A stretch of DNA of 64,000 bases from Patescibacteria group bacterium (GCA_038065075.1 JBBTRQ010000008.1:11960-75959), one strand, 5' to 3'; positions 1 to 9,247 are shown, counted from the stretch's first letter. Numbers and translations are program-made. The notes: generated by a model not told the origin, from the letters alone.

Positions 1-176
1 TCTTGATGAGAGTCTGCTTCTTGGTCACGCTGAGCATAGGGTCTGATTTCATGGCGTCGTCCGAGTCGTGGGAGCTCAAGCCCGTAACCCAGAGGACGTC
101 CTTATGTATTAACGACCTAACCCTACCTTCGAGGATCCAAAACGTCAAGAAATGTGGAGCTATGAGGTATACTTGA

Positions 177-1400
177 ATGGTTATGCCTATCTCTCATCCC
201 AATCAGACCTTTCCATTGCGAGGCCATCGACACTCGCTTGCCCATGTTGGTGCGTTACCAGCGCTCGCGAGTAATCGCCTCCTGTCGTTTGCGGCCTCGT
301 CGATCGTCGGCGTGTTCTTACCGATTTTTTTGTACGAGTTTTTCGATCTCTCCATCGCCGCCGTCTTGCTGTGGTACGCGATCAACTTTGCGGTGAAGTT
401 CCCCTTCCAGGTTTGGGCGGCGCAGATTTTTTCGCGTACCGGACTCATCGTGAGCATGGTGTTTGGGACGCTCGGGATCATGTTGTTCTACTGGTCGTTT
501 TATTTGCTCGATACGGGAAGTCAGCTTGGTCCCTTCACGCTCATGACGCTCGGGATCGTCGGACTCACGATCGTTTCCTGTTTCTACTGGTCGCCCTTTC
601 ATATCGACTATGCGCAGTTCGCGCCCAAGAACGCTCGCGGCGCTTACCTCGCCCGACTATACGCCGTCCAACAGTTGATCACGGTTGTGGCGCCGATTGT
701 GGCCGCCTGGGTGATTGTCTCGTACGGGTATCACATGAATTTTTTTCTCGGCCTCGTGCTCGCCGGCGCGTCGATCGTGCCGCTCCTATTCTTGCCGACG
801 TTCGAGGTGAAGTACGAATTCGGGTTCTGGGAGAGTTTTCGTCGACTGTTCTCGCGGCGCTTTCGCCCCATGAGTCTCTCGATGATGGCATTTGGCGCCG
901 AGAATATTGTCGGTGTCGTGGTTTGGCCGATTTTTCTCTACGCGATTTTTGAAGGTCAGTATTTGGAGATCGGCGCGTTCGCCGCGATCATTGTGGTGAT
1001 TGGGCTTGCGCTTGAGCTTTTCGTCGGTCGAGAAACGGATCGCTTCTCACCTTCAAAGCTCATCAAGTACGGAACGGGCATCTATGCACTCGGTTGGGTG
1101 TGGAAGGGACTGGTCGAGACGGTCGTGGGTGTGTTTGCGGCGTCGACCTTTCACAACGTGGGCGCCATCATGTTGCGCACGCCGATGGATACGCTCATGT
1201 ACGAACAGGCCGCCGACTCGGGTCATTACATCGACGAGTACACGGTGTTGCGCGAGATTGCGTTGGGCCTGGGACGTGTCGTGATGCTCCTATTCCTCGT
1301 CGTCGTCACGAGCGTGTTCTCCATCGGTGCCTCCTTCTTTGTCGCCGCAGTCGTGTCGCTCGGGATCAACTCATTGGTTGATTACAAGGCGACAGAGTAG
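177..1400 (+). CDS. Polytopic membrane protein, MFS-like transporter candidate
   Basis: 407 aa with about 12 hydrophobic segments and no soluble domains. The 3' end (..NSLVDYKATE*) is partly duplicated at 2608-2634. Confidence 0.45.
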   Translation: MVMPISHPNQTFPLRGHRHSLAHVGALPALASNRLLSFAASSIVGVFLPIFLYEFFDLSIAAVLLWYAINFAVKFPFQVWAAQIFSRTGLIVSMVFGTLGIMLFYWSFYLLDTGSQLGPFTLMTLGIVGLTIVSCFYWSPFHIDYAQFAPKNARGAYLARLYAVQQLITVVAPIVAAWVIVSYGYHMNFFLGLVLAGASIVPLLFLPTFEVKYEFGFWESFRRLFSRRFRPMSLSMMAFGAENIVGVVVWPIFLYAIFEGQYLEIGAFAAIIVVIGLALELFVGRETDRFSPSKLIKYGTGIYALGWVWKGLVETVVGVFAASTFHNVGAIMLRTPMDTLMYEQAADSGHYIDEYTVLREIALGLGRVVMLLFLVVVTSVFSIGASFFVAAVVSLGINSLVDYKATE

Positions 1401-1414
1401 GTTCCTTTTCCTCC

Positions 1415-1669
1415 TTGATTCTGGTATGTTGGAGATGTATGGATATGCAGGATAAAATTATCGAAAAGCTTGTTGAGATGAAAGAGCAGATGAAATCTTT
1501 GGCGACAAAGGATGATCTTCAGATTTTGGAACATCGGGTCATCCAGATGTTTGATAATCAGTCCGAGATTCTCAAACGGCTTGATCAGGAGCGTTTCTTC
1601 ACTTCCGAGCATATACGACGAATCGAGGCTGATGTCGAAATGCTCAAGCGCCACCTCCACCTTGTCTAG
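1415..1669 (+). CDS. Small hypothetical coiled-coil protein (84 aa)
   Basis: ORF with a heptad-like charged pattern, followed by a hairpin plus T-tract. No recognisable motif. Confidence 0.3.
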   Translation: MILVCWRCMDMQDKIIEKLVEMKEQMKSLATKDDLQILEHRVIQMFDNQSEILKRLDQERFFTSEHIRRIEADVEMLKRHLHLV

Positions 1670-1670
1670 A

Positions 1671-1706
1671 AAAACACCCTTGATCGACTCGAGGGTGTTT
1701 TTGTTT
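1671..1706 (+). terminator. Rho-independent terminator
   Basis: acaccct-(10 nt)-agggtgt stem followed by ttttgttt. Confidence 0.55.
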
Positions 1707-1726
1707 GGGGAACAGTCTCTCTTTTT

Positions 1727-2179
1727 ATGAGAGTTCGTTCCATGTTAAGATTTGGTTGTATGCAGGTATCAGAGCCAAAAATTAATGAACTTACTCGAGC
1801 GCTCAAGCGCATCCGCGGCATCCAGGCGGCTTATCTTTTCGGTTCCCAAGCAAAGCAGAGTGCGGGGCGACTATCGGATGTCGATGTAGCCATTCTCATT
1901 GACCGAAAATGTTCTTCAGCCGCTCAACGTGAGGTTGTTCTTACCGCCTTCCAAACCATCACGCGCATTCTTGGTCGTAATGATATCGACCTCATCGAAC
2001 TTGATCGTGCACCAATCATTTTGCGCTACGCGGCGACCGTGCATGGCCGGCCGCTTTTTGTGAAACCAGGACAGGATACCTGTCGCTTACCCTTCCGTAA
2101 CCTACGTGACTTCGAGGATTTTCGACCGTATTTAGAGCGTCGAAGCCGTGCCCTCAAAAATGAATTCTCTCGCGTATGA
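1727..2179 (+). CDS. Nucleotidyltransferase-domain protein, MNT-type antitoxin
   Basis: Motif LFGSQAK..GRLSDVDVAIL (GS-x-DxD minimal nucleotidyltransferase signature). The stop overlaps the start of the downstream HepT gene (ATGA). The true start may be the internal Met near 1760. Confidence 0.65.
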   Translation: MRVRSMLRFGCMQVSEPKINELTRALKRIRGIQAAYLFGSQAKQSAGRLSDVDVAILIDRKCSSAAQREVVLTAFQTITRILGRNDIDLIELDRAPIILRYAATVHGRPLFVKPGQDTCRLPFRNLRDFEDFRPYLERRSRALKNEFSRV

Positions 2180-2595
2180 CCGCCTTTCGTCCGCTCACCA
2201 TTGTAAGGAAGCTCAAAAAACTCGACGAGGTCATTCGTCAGTTAGAAGGGGTCAAAACCTACAAACGCGAGGAGTTTTTGAGTAACAAGGTACTTCAGGC
2301 GGCTACCGAGCGCTTCTTTATTCTCGGCATTGAGATCATCACGGATGTGGGAGATCACCTTCTCACGGAAAAGAAGAACGTCTCGTCGGAGTCTTACGAT
2401 GAAATCATTTCGGCACTTGGCAAAACAAAGCTGGTTCCAGCAGCGCTCTCAAAACGCAACGCCGGCATGGCTAGGTTTCGCAACCTCTTGGTTCATGTGT
2501 ACGATGAGATCGAGCCAAAACTCGTTCACGATTACTTGCAGAAGGCTCCACGAGAATTCCGAGCTTTTGCTAAAGCCTTTGTTAAGCATCTTTAG
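2176..2595 (+). CDS. HepT/DUF86 (HEPN) toxin
   Basis: C-terminal RFRNLLVHVY matches the R-x4-HxY HEPN motif. Translationally coupled to the upstream MNT gene. Confidence 0.65.
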   Translation: MTAFRPLTIVRKLKKLDEVIRQLEGVKTYKREEFLSNKVLQAATERFFILGIEIITDVGDHLLTEKKNVSSESYDEIISALGKTKLVPAALSKRNAGMARFRNLLVHVYDEIEPKLVHDYLQKAPREFRAFAKAFVKHL

Positions 2596-2607
2596 AAGCA
2601 CAAATTT

Positions 2608-2634
2608 CTTGGTCGACTACAAGGCAGTTGAGTG
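2608..2634 (+). repeat. Degenerate copy of the 3' end of the 177-1400 gene
   Basis: ttggtcgactacaaggcagttgagtga resembles ttggttgattacaaggcgacagagtag at 1374-1400. Both end in a stop and both would encode LVDYKA(T/V)E*. Confidence 0.45.
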
Positions 2635-2933
2635 AACGGTCAGTTGTCGCGTCAACAAAAAACAATAATGTCCGATCGGACATTATTGTTTTTGAAGCAA
2701 GGCCAAAAATGAACCGACCGAAAAAGAAACAACCCCACCGTCAGCGAGCTTCCGGGAGGGAAGTTTCTCGCCGACCGCGGGGTCTGTCGTAGAGATGACA
2801 CAGGCTTGAAACGTCTACCGACGACAAACTCATAACCACCCCTAATCCCTCTCTTCGAGAGCCTGAGGGCTCCTCAGAGCCTCGAACGGCCTTGAAAAGG
2901 GGGGGATCGGAAAAAAGGAGAGGGGCCGAAATA

Positions 2934-2962
2934 AAACAGACCCCGTGTGAGGTCTGTTTTCA
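2934..2962. terminator. Bidirectional hairpin terminator
   Basis: aaaacagacc-ccgtgtga-ggtctgtttt is a perfect stem flanked by A-tract and T-tract, sitting just past the stop of the minus-strand DsbA gene. Confidence 0.6.
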
Positions 2963-2971
2963 GATTTCTGT

Positions 2972-3733
2972 TTAGAGCACCGAGTCGATTGCGGCGGCGA
3001 CGGAGGAGAATGGGAGAGCTCCCTTGATGGGGATCGCGTTGCCGTCTGTGTCGATCACGAATGATCCAGGAGTACCGGAGACACCGGCGGCTCCACCGGC
3101 TTGGGCTTGAGCCTCGATCACGTCGTTATACTTTTCTGTGTCGAAGCAGTCCTGCCACTGGGTTGTGTTGAGCCCAAGGTCAGAGGCGAGGGTCGCATAG
3201 AACTCGCTCCCTAAGCTCGACTGATTCGTGAAGAGGGCATCTGCATACTCCCAGAACTTTCCTTGCTCAGAGGCGCACTCAGCGGCGTTGGCGGCAGGGA
3301 CGGCCTCAGCATGAAAGGAGAGTGGGAAGTGGCGGAAGACCCAGCGAACGGAATCGGTATACTCGTCCATGACCTGTAACATCGTTGGGTGGAATCGGCT
3401 GCAGTAGGGACATTGGAAGTCCGAGTATTCGATGATGGTGATGGGCGCGTCCGCGTCTCCACGGATGTGGTCTGCTTCTGTCACGGCAGGAACGCCCGTT
3501 GCGGTTGGGGCTGGAACGGCGGCAGCTGCGGCGGCCACTTGTCCACCGCTTCCTGAATCCTCGGTGTCTGCGGCGGCGAGTCCTTCGACGGAACAATCTC
3601 CGCCCAAGACACAGCTTCCCAAGACAACGAATCCGAGTGTTCCCAGTGCCAAGATCGCGGTGATGAACCCGAGCCAGAAGGCCTGTTTAGAAGGAAGCGA
3701 ATCGAAAAAACTTTTTGTTTGTGGTGAGTCCAT
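2972..3733 (-). CDS. DsbA-like thiol:disulfide oxidoreductase (thioredoxin fold) with N-terminal membrane anchor
   Basis: FQCPYCSRFHP with a CPYC active site and DsbA-like flanks. N-terminal TM helix plus an Ala/Pro-rich linker. Confidence 0.65.
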   Translation of the reverse strand: MDSPQTKSFFDSLPSKQAFWLGFITAILALGTLGFVVLGSCVLGGDCSVEGLAAADTEDSGSGGQVAAAAAAVPAPTATGVPAVTEADHIRGDADAPITIIEYSDFQCPYCSRFHPTMLQVMDEYTDSVRWVFRHFPLSFHAEAVPAANAAECASEQGKFWEYADALFTNQSSLGSEFYATLASDLGLNTTQWQDCFDTEKYNDVIEAQAQAGGAAGVSGTPGSFVIDTDGNAIPIKGALPFSSVAAAIDSVL

Positions 3734-3783
3734 AGGGGTTCAACAAAAGAATTGAGTAAAGGAGCAACAGGATTCTATGGACG

Positions 3784-4161
3784 CTACCAACCGTGTGTGG
3801 CGAAAAGATAGGGAAGAAAAAGATTGTTGGGTGAGGGGCCTGTGCGGGTAAGGTTCACGCGACGGTTGAACCATGTAAGGCCGTGAACGGAGGGGGCAAT
3901 TTTGGGGAAGGTTACGGTCACGAGCACGGCGAGCACGGCGACAAACAGGAGGAGTTTTTGCGCAGGCAGAGCCGTTGCCGATTCACTCCACGACCAAACG
4001 GTTGCCATGGAAATGACCTCGCTTGCACACGCGTCTCCGATGAAGTGCTCGTCAGGCGCAGACGCAAGGCACGTCGTTGATCCACTTCCCACGCTCAATG
4101 AGCCTGCCACAAAAGCGATCAGCACAAGAGGGATAAACAGATGGTGCATGAGAGATCTCAT
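3784..4161 (-). CDS. Small membrane protein (3 predicted TM)
   Basis: Hydrophobic 125-aa ORF adjacent to the DsbA gene. There is no CXXC motif, so no partner role is asserted. Confidence 0.3.
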   Translation of the reverse strand: MRSLMHHLFIPLVLIAFVAGSLSVGSGSTTCLASAPDEHFIGDACASEVISMATVWSWSESATALPAQKLLLFVAVLAVLVTVTFPKIAPSVHGLTWFNRRVNLTRTGPSPNNLFLPYLFATHGW

Positions 4162-4198
4162 AACGTCCCCATCCTATCATAGAGATTGAGACAGAGCG

Positions 4199-5146
4199 AT
4201 GTTATACTTGTGGAATATGACCTCGAAGATCGACAAGCTGATGACCGACTTTCTCGAGTATCTTGAAGTTGAGCGCGGACGCTCTGAGCGTACGATCCGG
4301 AACTACGATTTTTATCTTCGCCGGTTTTCCGACTGGGCGAAGCACCCAGCGCCGGAAAAAATTACCGATGACCTCGTGCACAAGTTTCGCCTGTGGCTCA
4401 ACCGCGGTGTCGAAGGTCGTGAGGCAGCTACGCTCAAGAAGTCGACGCAGAATTATCACCTCATTGCGCTTCGAAGTTTCTTGAAGTACCTCGCCCGCAA
4501 GGATGTCTTGTCGCTCGCCCCTGAAAAGATCGAACTCGCCAAACAAGAAATGCGGCAGGTGGAGTTTTTGGAAGCAGATGAACTTGGTCGTCTGCTCGTT
4601 CAGCCGATGAAGGTCAGCGATGGGCTTGTGGCTTTGCGCGATAAAGCAATTCTTGAATTGCTGTTCTCGACCGGCATGCGCGTGAGCGAGATTTCCAAGC
4701 TGAAGATTGAGTCGATTAATTTATCGCGTGATGAATTTACGGTTCGTGGCAAGGGAAGCAAACTGCGCGTCGTGTTTCTCTCGTCGACCGCAAAGGACGC
4801 GCTCAAAGATTACTTGGGGAAGCGCCGTGACGCTTCGCCGTATCTGTTTGTGGGACATGATCGCGCCAAGAGCGGTCGTGGGCAGTCCGAAGGTCTCACA
4901 CCTCGATCGATCCAACGGCTTGTTGAGCGGTACGCCATGGCCGCGGGTATCACCAAGCACATCACGCCTCACACCCTGCGACATACATTTGCGACAGACT
5001 TACTCCTGGGCGGCGCGGACATCCGCAGTGTCCAGTCATTGCTAGGCCATGCCTCGATCACGACCACACAAATCTACACGCACATCACGAATAAACAGAT
5101 GAAAGAGGTGCACAAGAAGTTCCACGGAAGAAGTCGGCGGAAGTAA
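4199..5146 (+). CDS. xerC: Tyrosine site-specific recombinase, XerC/XerD family
   Basis: C-terminal HTLRHTFAT..GGADIRSVQSLLGHASITTTQIYTHI (R..HxxR..Y catalytic signature). N-terminal core-binding region ERGRSERTIRNY. Alternative starts exist at 4217. Confidence 0.8.
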   Translation: MLYLWNMTSKIDKLMTDFLEYLEVERGRSERTIRNYDFYLRRFSDWAKHPAPEKITDDLVHKFRLWLNRGVEGREAATLKKSTQNYHLIALRSFLKYLARKDVLSLAPEKIELAKQEMRQVEFLEADELGRLLVQPMKVSDGLVALRDKAILELLFSTGMRVSEISKLKIESINLSRDEFTVRGKGSKLRVVFLSSTAKDALKDYLGKRRDASPYLFVGHDRAKSGRGQSEGLTPRSIQRLVERYAMAAGITKHITPHTLRHTFATDLLLGGADIRSVQSLLGHASITTTQIYTHITNKQMKEVHKKFHGRSRRK

Positions 5147-5150
5147 CACA

Positions 5151-5241
5151 GCCTCGTCATTGCGAGGAGCGAAGCGACGAAGCAATCCAAGAGTTCAAAG
5201 ATTGCTTCGCTCCCGTTGGTCGCTCGCAATGACGAGGCTTT
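5151..5241. repeat. Nested-hairpin palindromic element (family copy 1)
   Basis: Outer arms agcctcgtcattgcgag / ctcgcaatgacgaggct. Inner arms gaagcaatc / gattgcttc. Related copies at 43381-43470 and 45650-45745. Confidence 0.7.
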
Positions 5242-5326
5242 GTTATTGACGGGAAGCGTGGAATTCTGTAGTTTTTGTTCGTTCAGTCGACAGTAGACTG
5301 ACACTTCCCACCACAGGAGACCTTCC

Positions 5327-5683
5327 GTGCCTGCTGCTGCTCCCGCCGTGGCCGATTCCCTTCGGCCCACCAGCGTCTTCGTCTACCTCCCCACCCCTCC
5401 CGGCTCCAAGCCGCACCTCCCGAACGCCTTCATCGAGATGTTCCAGCGGGAGCTCGCGACCGAACCCCACTACCGCGGGGAGGTTTCCCAGGAGGAGGCC
5501 AGGACTGAACTTGGACATCACATGGCCCAGTCCGCGGTTCTCGTCCCGGTCAACTCGCAGGAGTTCTCCCCGGAGCGTCAGGCCCTGGACGCGATGCTCG
5601 GGGACAAGCAGATCCTCCTCGCCCGCGACCAGCGTCCCAACCGCGCCCGCGAGCTCTGGGGCATCAAGCTCCGCGCCCACTGA
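5327..5683 (+). CDS. Hypothetical protein, GC-rich ORF
   Basis: 118-aa ORF with strongly G/C-biased third positions compared with its neighbours. No recognisable motif. Confidence 0.3.
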   Translation: MPAAAPAVADSLRPTSVFVYLPTPPGSKPHLPNAFIEMFQRELATEPHYRGEVSQEEARTELGHHMAQSAVLVPVNSQEFSPERQALDAMLGDKQILLARDQRPNRARELWGIKLRAH

Positions 5684-5745
5684 TTCCCTCGCGACCGCCA
5701 CGCCCCGGTCGCATTTTCTTTTCAGATTCGTTATCATCACGTCAT

Positions 5746-5820
5746 GTCCCTGTAGCTCAATGGACAGAGCAGGACTCTTCTAAGGTCTTGATGGGGGTTC
5801 GATTCCCTCCAGGGACACCA
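5746..5820 (+). tRNA. tRNA-Arg (anticodon TCT)
   Basis: Cloverleaf by hand: acceptor GTCCCTG/CAGGGAC, D arm GCTC..GAGC, anticodon loop CTTCTAA, T arm GGGGG-TTCGATT-CCCTC, 3' ACCA. Confidence 0.8.
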
Positions 5821-5944
5821 CAGTCGTCCACAGCTTCTCTTGCCAAGCCCAGAGAATGTCTCTACCTTGTCATTTAGATATGTCGACAAAGGTTGCGATG
5901 TGTCTACGAAAAAACTCCCGAAGTGATCGGGAGTTTTTTCGTGG

Positions 5945-6017
5945 GGTGCCTAGAGGGAGTTGAACCCTCGCTACGAGTTCCACAAACTCGTGTGCTAACC
6001 GTTACACCATAGGCACC
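5945..6017 (-). tRNA. tRNA-His (anticodon GTG)
   Basis: Reverse complement folds with acceptor GGTGCCT/AGGCACC, anticodon stem CGAGT/ACTCG with loop TTGTGGA, and T arm AGGGTTCAACTCCCT. Confidence 0.75.
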
Positions 6018-6097
6018 ATAATCGATGGACGAGGCCGAGTGTAGCGTCTTTTTCTTTTTTGATCAATATACGCCGTTTATGAACAGTTCCGGCAAGG

Positions 6098-6487
6098 TCA
6101 GAAACCTGTCCGTTTCAGGAGATCGCGGTCGAATGTGAGCAGATCGGTACCGGCCAGGCGAGCGGATGTAAGCAGGTACGCATCAACAAAGTGGAGGCCG
6201 TTCAAAAAATCAGTCCAGAGGTACAAGAGTGTATCTTGTTCCTCCACGGTAAGAGCCGGCATCGCAATAAAGGGAAGCAAGGAAGACATAATATCTTCAC
6301 GGGTGTGTTTATAGAAGGATTCCAATACGAAAACCGTTTCTGCCACGACCATCGGCTTTACGATGATAGTTCGTTTTCCTATCGTTGCTTCCCTGAACCA
6401 CTCGATAGCCTTGGCCTTTTGTTGTTCATTGTCACCAACGAGAAATCGAACGAGAACATTTGTATCAAGGAGAGACGTTTTTTCCAT
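6098..6487 (-). CDS. vapC: PIN-domain ribonuclease, VapC-type toxin
   Basis: N-terminus MEKTSLLDTNVLVRFL (PIN acidic motif). Start placed 2 nt after the stop of the upstream antitoxin ORF. Confidence 0.65.
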   Translation of the reverse strand: MEKTSLLDTNVLVRFLVGDNEQQKAKAIEWFREATIGKRTIIVKPMVVAETVFVLESFYKHTREDIMSSLLPFIAMPALTVEEQDTLLYLWTDFLNGLHFVDAYLLTSARLAGTDLLTFDRDLLKRTGF

Positions 6488-6489
6488 AG

Positions 6490-6735
6490 CTACTTCCAAC
6501 GACTCGCCCACATGGCTGTGCGCGCCTTTTCCAATTCCTCGTCCGTGAGCACAACATTCGATTTAAGACTGCCAGCGAGTGATAGGAGATCTTTGATTGG
6601 TTCAAGGATGACCCTCCCTTTCACCTCATCCAATGTGACAAGAAAAGTTGAATCCCTCTGGACGTTCAGGATGTTTCGAATATGTCGGGGAATCGTCACC
6701 TGCCCTTTCTGTGTCATGGCTGTTGTATTGAGCAT
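6490..6735 (-). CDS. vapB: AbrB/SpoVT/MazE-type antitoxin (VapB-like)
   Basis: 81 aa, KGQVTIPRHIRNIL swapped-hairpin motif. Directly upstream of and co-oriented with the PIN gene. Confidence 0.5.
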   Translation of the reverse strand: MLNTTAMTQKGQVTIPRHIRNILNVQRDSTFLVTLDEVKGRVILEPIKDLLSLAGSLKSNVVLTDEELEKARTAMWASRWK

Positions 6736-6853
6736 AAACTTACTTCTTTTAAGAAAGTAATACTTAAATCGTAATGTATTACATTCTTTCAGTCAAGTGA
6801 CATTGGTCATGCGAAAGAAAAACCACGGCTGCGTGCCGTGGAGGGCAAAGGGA

Positions 6854-8140
6854 TCAGAGCTGGCTCTGCCACCAGGTTTCGAGCTGATTGCTGAAGTAGT
6901 CCTTTTCCCAGGCAACGCCGTAGCCCGGGAGGCTCAGGTCACGGATGCCCTCGAAGAGGTCACGTCGATGCGGGAACCAGAGCGGTGCCAGATATCTCAC
7001 AATCTGACGTGCACGGTAGAGGTAGTGGTTGACGCCGTTGCGAGCGAAGAGCGTGTCGACGTATCGCGTGATCGTCGTGACGAGTTGTTCGGCGTTGCCC
7101 GCGATGATCCGGCCGTTGTCCGGGCGATGGAAGCGTCCGATCGTCTTGGTGTCTTGGTAGCGTGAGTCGCTGTCCGGGTTGGGAGGCGAGGAGTCTGGCT
7201 CCTGGAACAGCGGCGCATTCCAGAGCCGCGTGAGCGTGACCAGGTTGAAGTCCTCCGCGTCCTGCGTCGTGGTGAGCTTGAGGATTCCACCCGGCTCGGA
7301 CTGCGTGGCAACGACCACGTACTTCCAGCCGCGGCGATCCGTGCCCAAGCGGCCACGTTCAAGCTTGAGGAGAGTCGACAGCAGGCGCTTGCGGCGGTTC
7401 ACGGCATAGACGTAGAACCGTTTTCCATCGACTTCCACCACGCGGCAGGAGAGGAGCTCTTCCTTGTAAGGCCGGCCAGCGCGGCGGAGTTTCCGCAATC
7501 GAGCCGCCTTGTCCTTGGCCCGCGTGTAGATGTTGACCTTCTCGGCCGTGCCGGCGTTCTCGCCATCCGTTCGTTGTTCGACCAGCACCCAGATGTACTC
7601 GGATTCGTCGGTGAGGAAGAGGCGTTCCCAGGAAAGTCGGTCGATGGTTGCGAGATCGTCAGCCACCCACGCCTCGTCGTCGGCCGTTTCGATGGCGAAG
7701 AGCTGGAGGGCGATGGCGAGTTGACGCAGGGCCTCAACGCGACGTCGCCTCTGCAGGTCGCTGGCGCCAGGGGGCAGGTCGTCCGTCGCCATCATGAGCA
7801 TGGCGATCGGGTTGAGGCAGTTTGCGACCGAGTTGTGCGGATCGAGTCGTCCCGCGAACGGACGCAGGTAGCGGTCGATCACGTGCTCGACCATGTTCTG
7901 TGCCTGCCGGAGGTACTCGGTCATCCGGCGGTAGAACTCGTCCCCTCCGACCGCCGTGGCGACGGCATGCTGGTTTGGACTCTGGAGGACGTAGGCGAAG
8001 TAGAGGGCCTCGACCGAGGAATACCCGCGCGACTTGAAGTCGTCGTAGGTGCGGCGCATGGCCTGGATGATCAGGAATTGCTCGGGGAGACGTCGAAATT
8101 GCAGGGCGTGGTCGGGGATGAACAGCTGGGGATCGGGCAA
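6854..8140 (-). CDS. Hypothetical protein, GC-rich ORF (428 aa)
   Basis: Long ORF with G/C-rich codon usage. Contains an R-x-K-D..K basic patch (TRAKDKAARLRKLRR) but no complete known catalytic signature. Confidence 0.35.
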   Translation of the reverse strand: MPDPQLFIPDHALQFRRLPEQFLIIQAMRRTYDDFKSRGYSSVEALYFAYVLQSPNQHAVATAVGGDEFYRRMTEYLRQAQNMVEHVIDRYLRPFAGRLDPHNSVANCLNPIAMLMMATDDLPPGASDLQRRRRVEALRQLAIALQLFAIETADDEAWVADDLATIDRLSWERLFLTDESEYIWVLVEQRTDGENAGTAEKVNIYTRAKDKAARLRKLRRAGRPYKEELLSCRVVEVDGKRFYVYAVNRRKRLLSTLLKLERGRLGTDRRGWKYVVVATQSEPGGILKLTTTQDAEDFNLVTLTRLWNAPLFQEPDSSPPNPDSDSRYQDTKTIGRFHRPDNGRIIAGNAEQLVTTITRYVDTLFARNGVNHYLYRARQIVRYLAPLWFPHRRDLFEGIRDLSLPGYGVAWEKDYFSNQLETWWQSQL

Positions 8141-8347
8141 GACTTCTCCGAAGGATGGGTCAGGATGATGTATCCAGACCTGATCGATTCAACCAGCCAA
8201 ATACCGAAAAGTCAATAAATTAAGCTATCCCCAGGTCCCTTGACGCTCTTTCCTGGCTCATGTACTCTTTCGACCGTTGTGCCCAGAAGGCCAATACCGT
8301 GACCGGCACGTCTCAACCGGTGTTCCAAAGAAAGAGGCAAGAATCCA

Positions 8348-9013
8348 ATGCGTTCCCTCAAGACCCTCCTGCTCGCCATCTCCGGCTTCCCCGACGCCAG
8401 CTCCGACGACTTCAAGGGCCTGACCACGATCAAGCCCAACGACGTCACCCGTGTGGCCTTCAACAAGAAGGGCTACGACCAGGTCCAGTTCTCCAACGAG
8501 ACCGGCCCGCAGAACGACGGTCTGCTCGACGTGATCGACGCCATCAAGCTGGGCGCCGACCAGGTCGAGGCCGGCGACTGCGCCCTGATCGTCCGCATCG
8601 AGTCGACCCGCGGCATGGACTCCTACACCGCGCAGAAGATCGGCGAGGCCATCGAGGCCTACATGCGCGCCAACAACGTCACCGAGTTCGCCACCGCGGC
8701 GATCGCCGACATCGCCCCGGGCCAGGAGCTCCACGGCAAGTGGAACACGCTCCTCCTCGTGCGCGACTTCGACGGCCAGTGGACCTTCAAGAACCTCCGG
8801 TTCGCGAGCGTCCAGAAGTCGACCGACGGCACCTTCGCCATCCTGTGCGACGGCAAGATCGCCAAGACCGACGGCGACAGCCTGGTCTCGACGCTGCTCG
8901 ACGCCGACAAGCTCAACGAGCTGCTCGACGGCGGCATCGTCAAGCTCGACAACAAGAAGGCGCACCTGGTCCGGCCCCCGGTCGGCCAGGCCTACGGCGC
9001 CAACGTGGCCTAG
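8348..9013 (+). CDS. Hypothetical protein, GC-rich ORF (221 aa)
   Basis: Divergent from the 6854-8140 ORF. Compositionally foreign to the backbone. No recognisable motifs. Confidence 0.35.
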   Translation: MRSLKTLLLAISGFPDASSDDFKGLTTIKPNDVTRVAFNKKGYDQVQFSNETGPQNDGLLDVIDAIKLGADQVEAGDCALIVRIESTRGMDSYTAQKIGEAIEAYMRANNVTEFATAAIADIAPGQELHGKWNTLLLVRDFDGQWTFKNLRFASVQKSTDGTFAILCDGKIAKTDGDSLVSTLLDADKLNELLDGGIVKLDNKKAHLVRPPVGQAYGANVA

Positions 9014-9247
9014 GCCGGCCTCTCGAGCTTCGCTCCACCACGCGTGAGCGCAGCTCAACGACCCCCGTGACTCACGCACCGACTCCCCGAGCGGTGACAT
9101 GAGCACGGGATTTTGATTTGTGGTCATGCAATCTCCCCCTCCTGAATTCAGGAGGGTGAACGTCTGGAGGGGTCTGAAAAGAAAAATCCCCGCGACAAAA
9201 TAAATATCGCCTCGAGTTCGTCGAATGGTGGCATGCGTTCTGAAGGG

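Noticed and set aside
3784-4161. VKOR- or DsbB-like partner for the adjacent DsbA-like gene
   Set aside because: No CXXC pair and only about 3 TM helices. Kept as a generic small membrane protein.
6854-8140. RelA/SpoT-type nucleotidyltransferase assignment for the 428-aa GC-rich ORF
   Set aside because: Only an R-x-K-D...K basic patch is present. The downstream catalytic strand and the EvQIRT/H motif are absent.
8258-9127. Long overlapping antisense ORFs (8258-9127 minus, 8260-9102 plus) across the 8348-9013 gene, and similar stacks across 36.2-40.4 kb, 46.3-47.1 kb and 55.7-57.0 kb
   Set aside because: They are typical stop-codon-poor shadow frames of GC-rich DNA. Their translations are Arg/Pro/Gly-dominated low-complexity strings. 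One frame per locus was kept.
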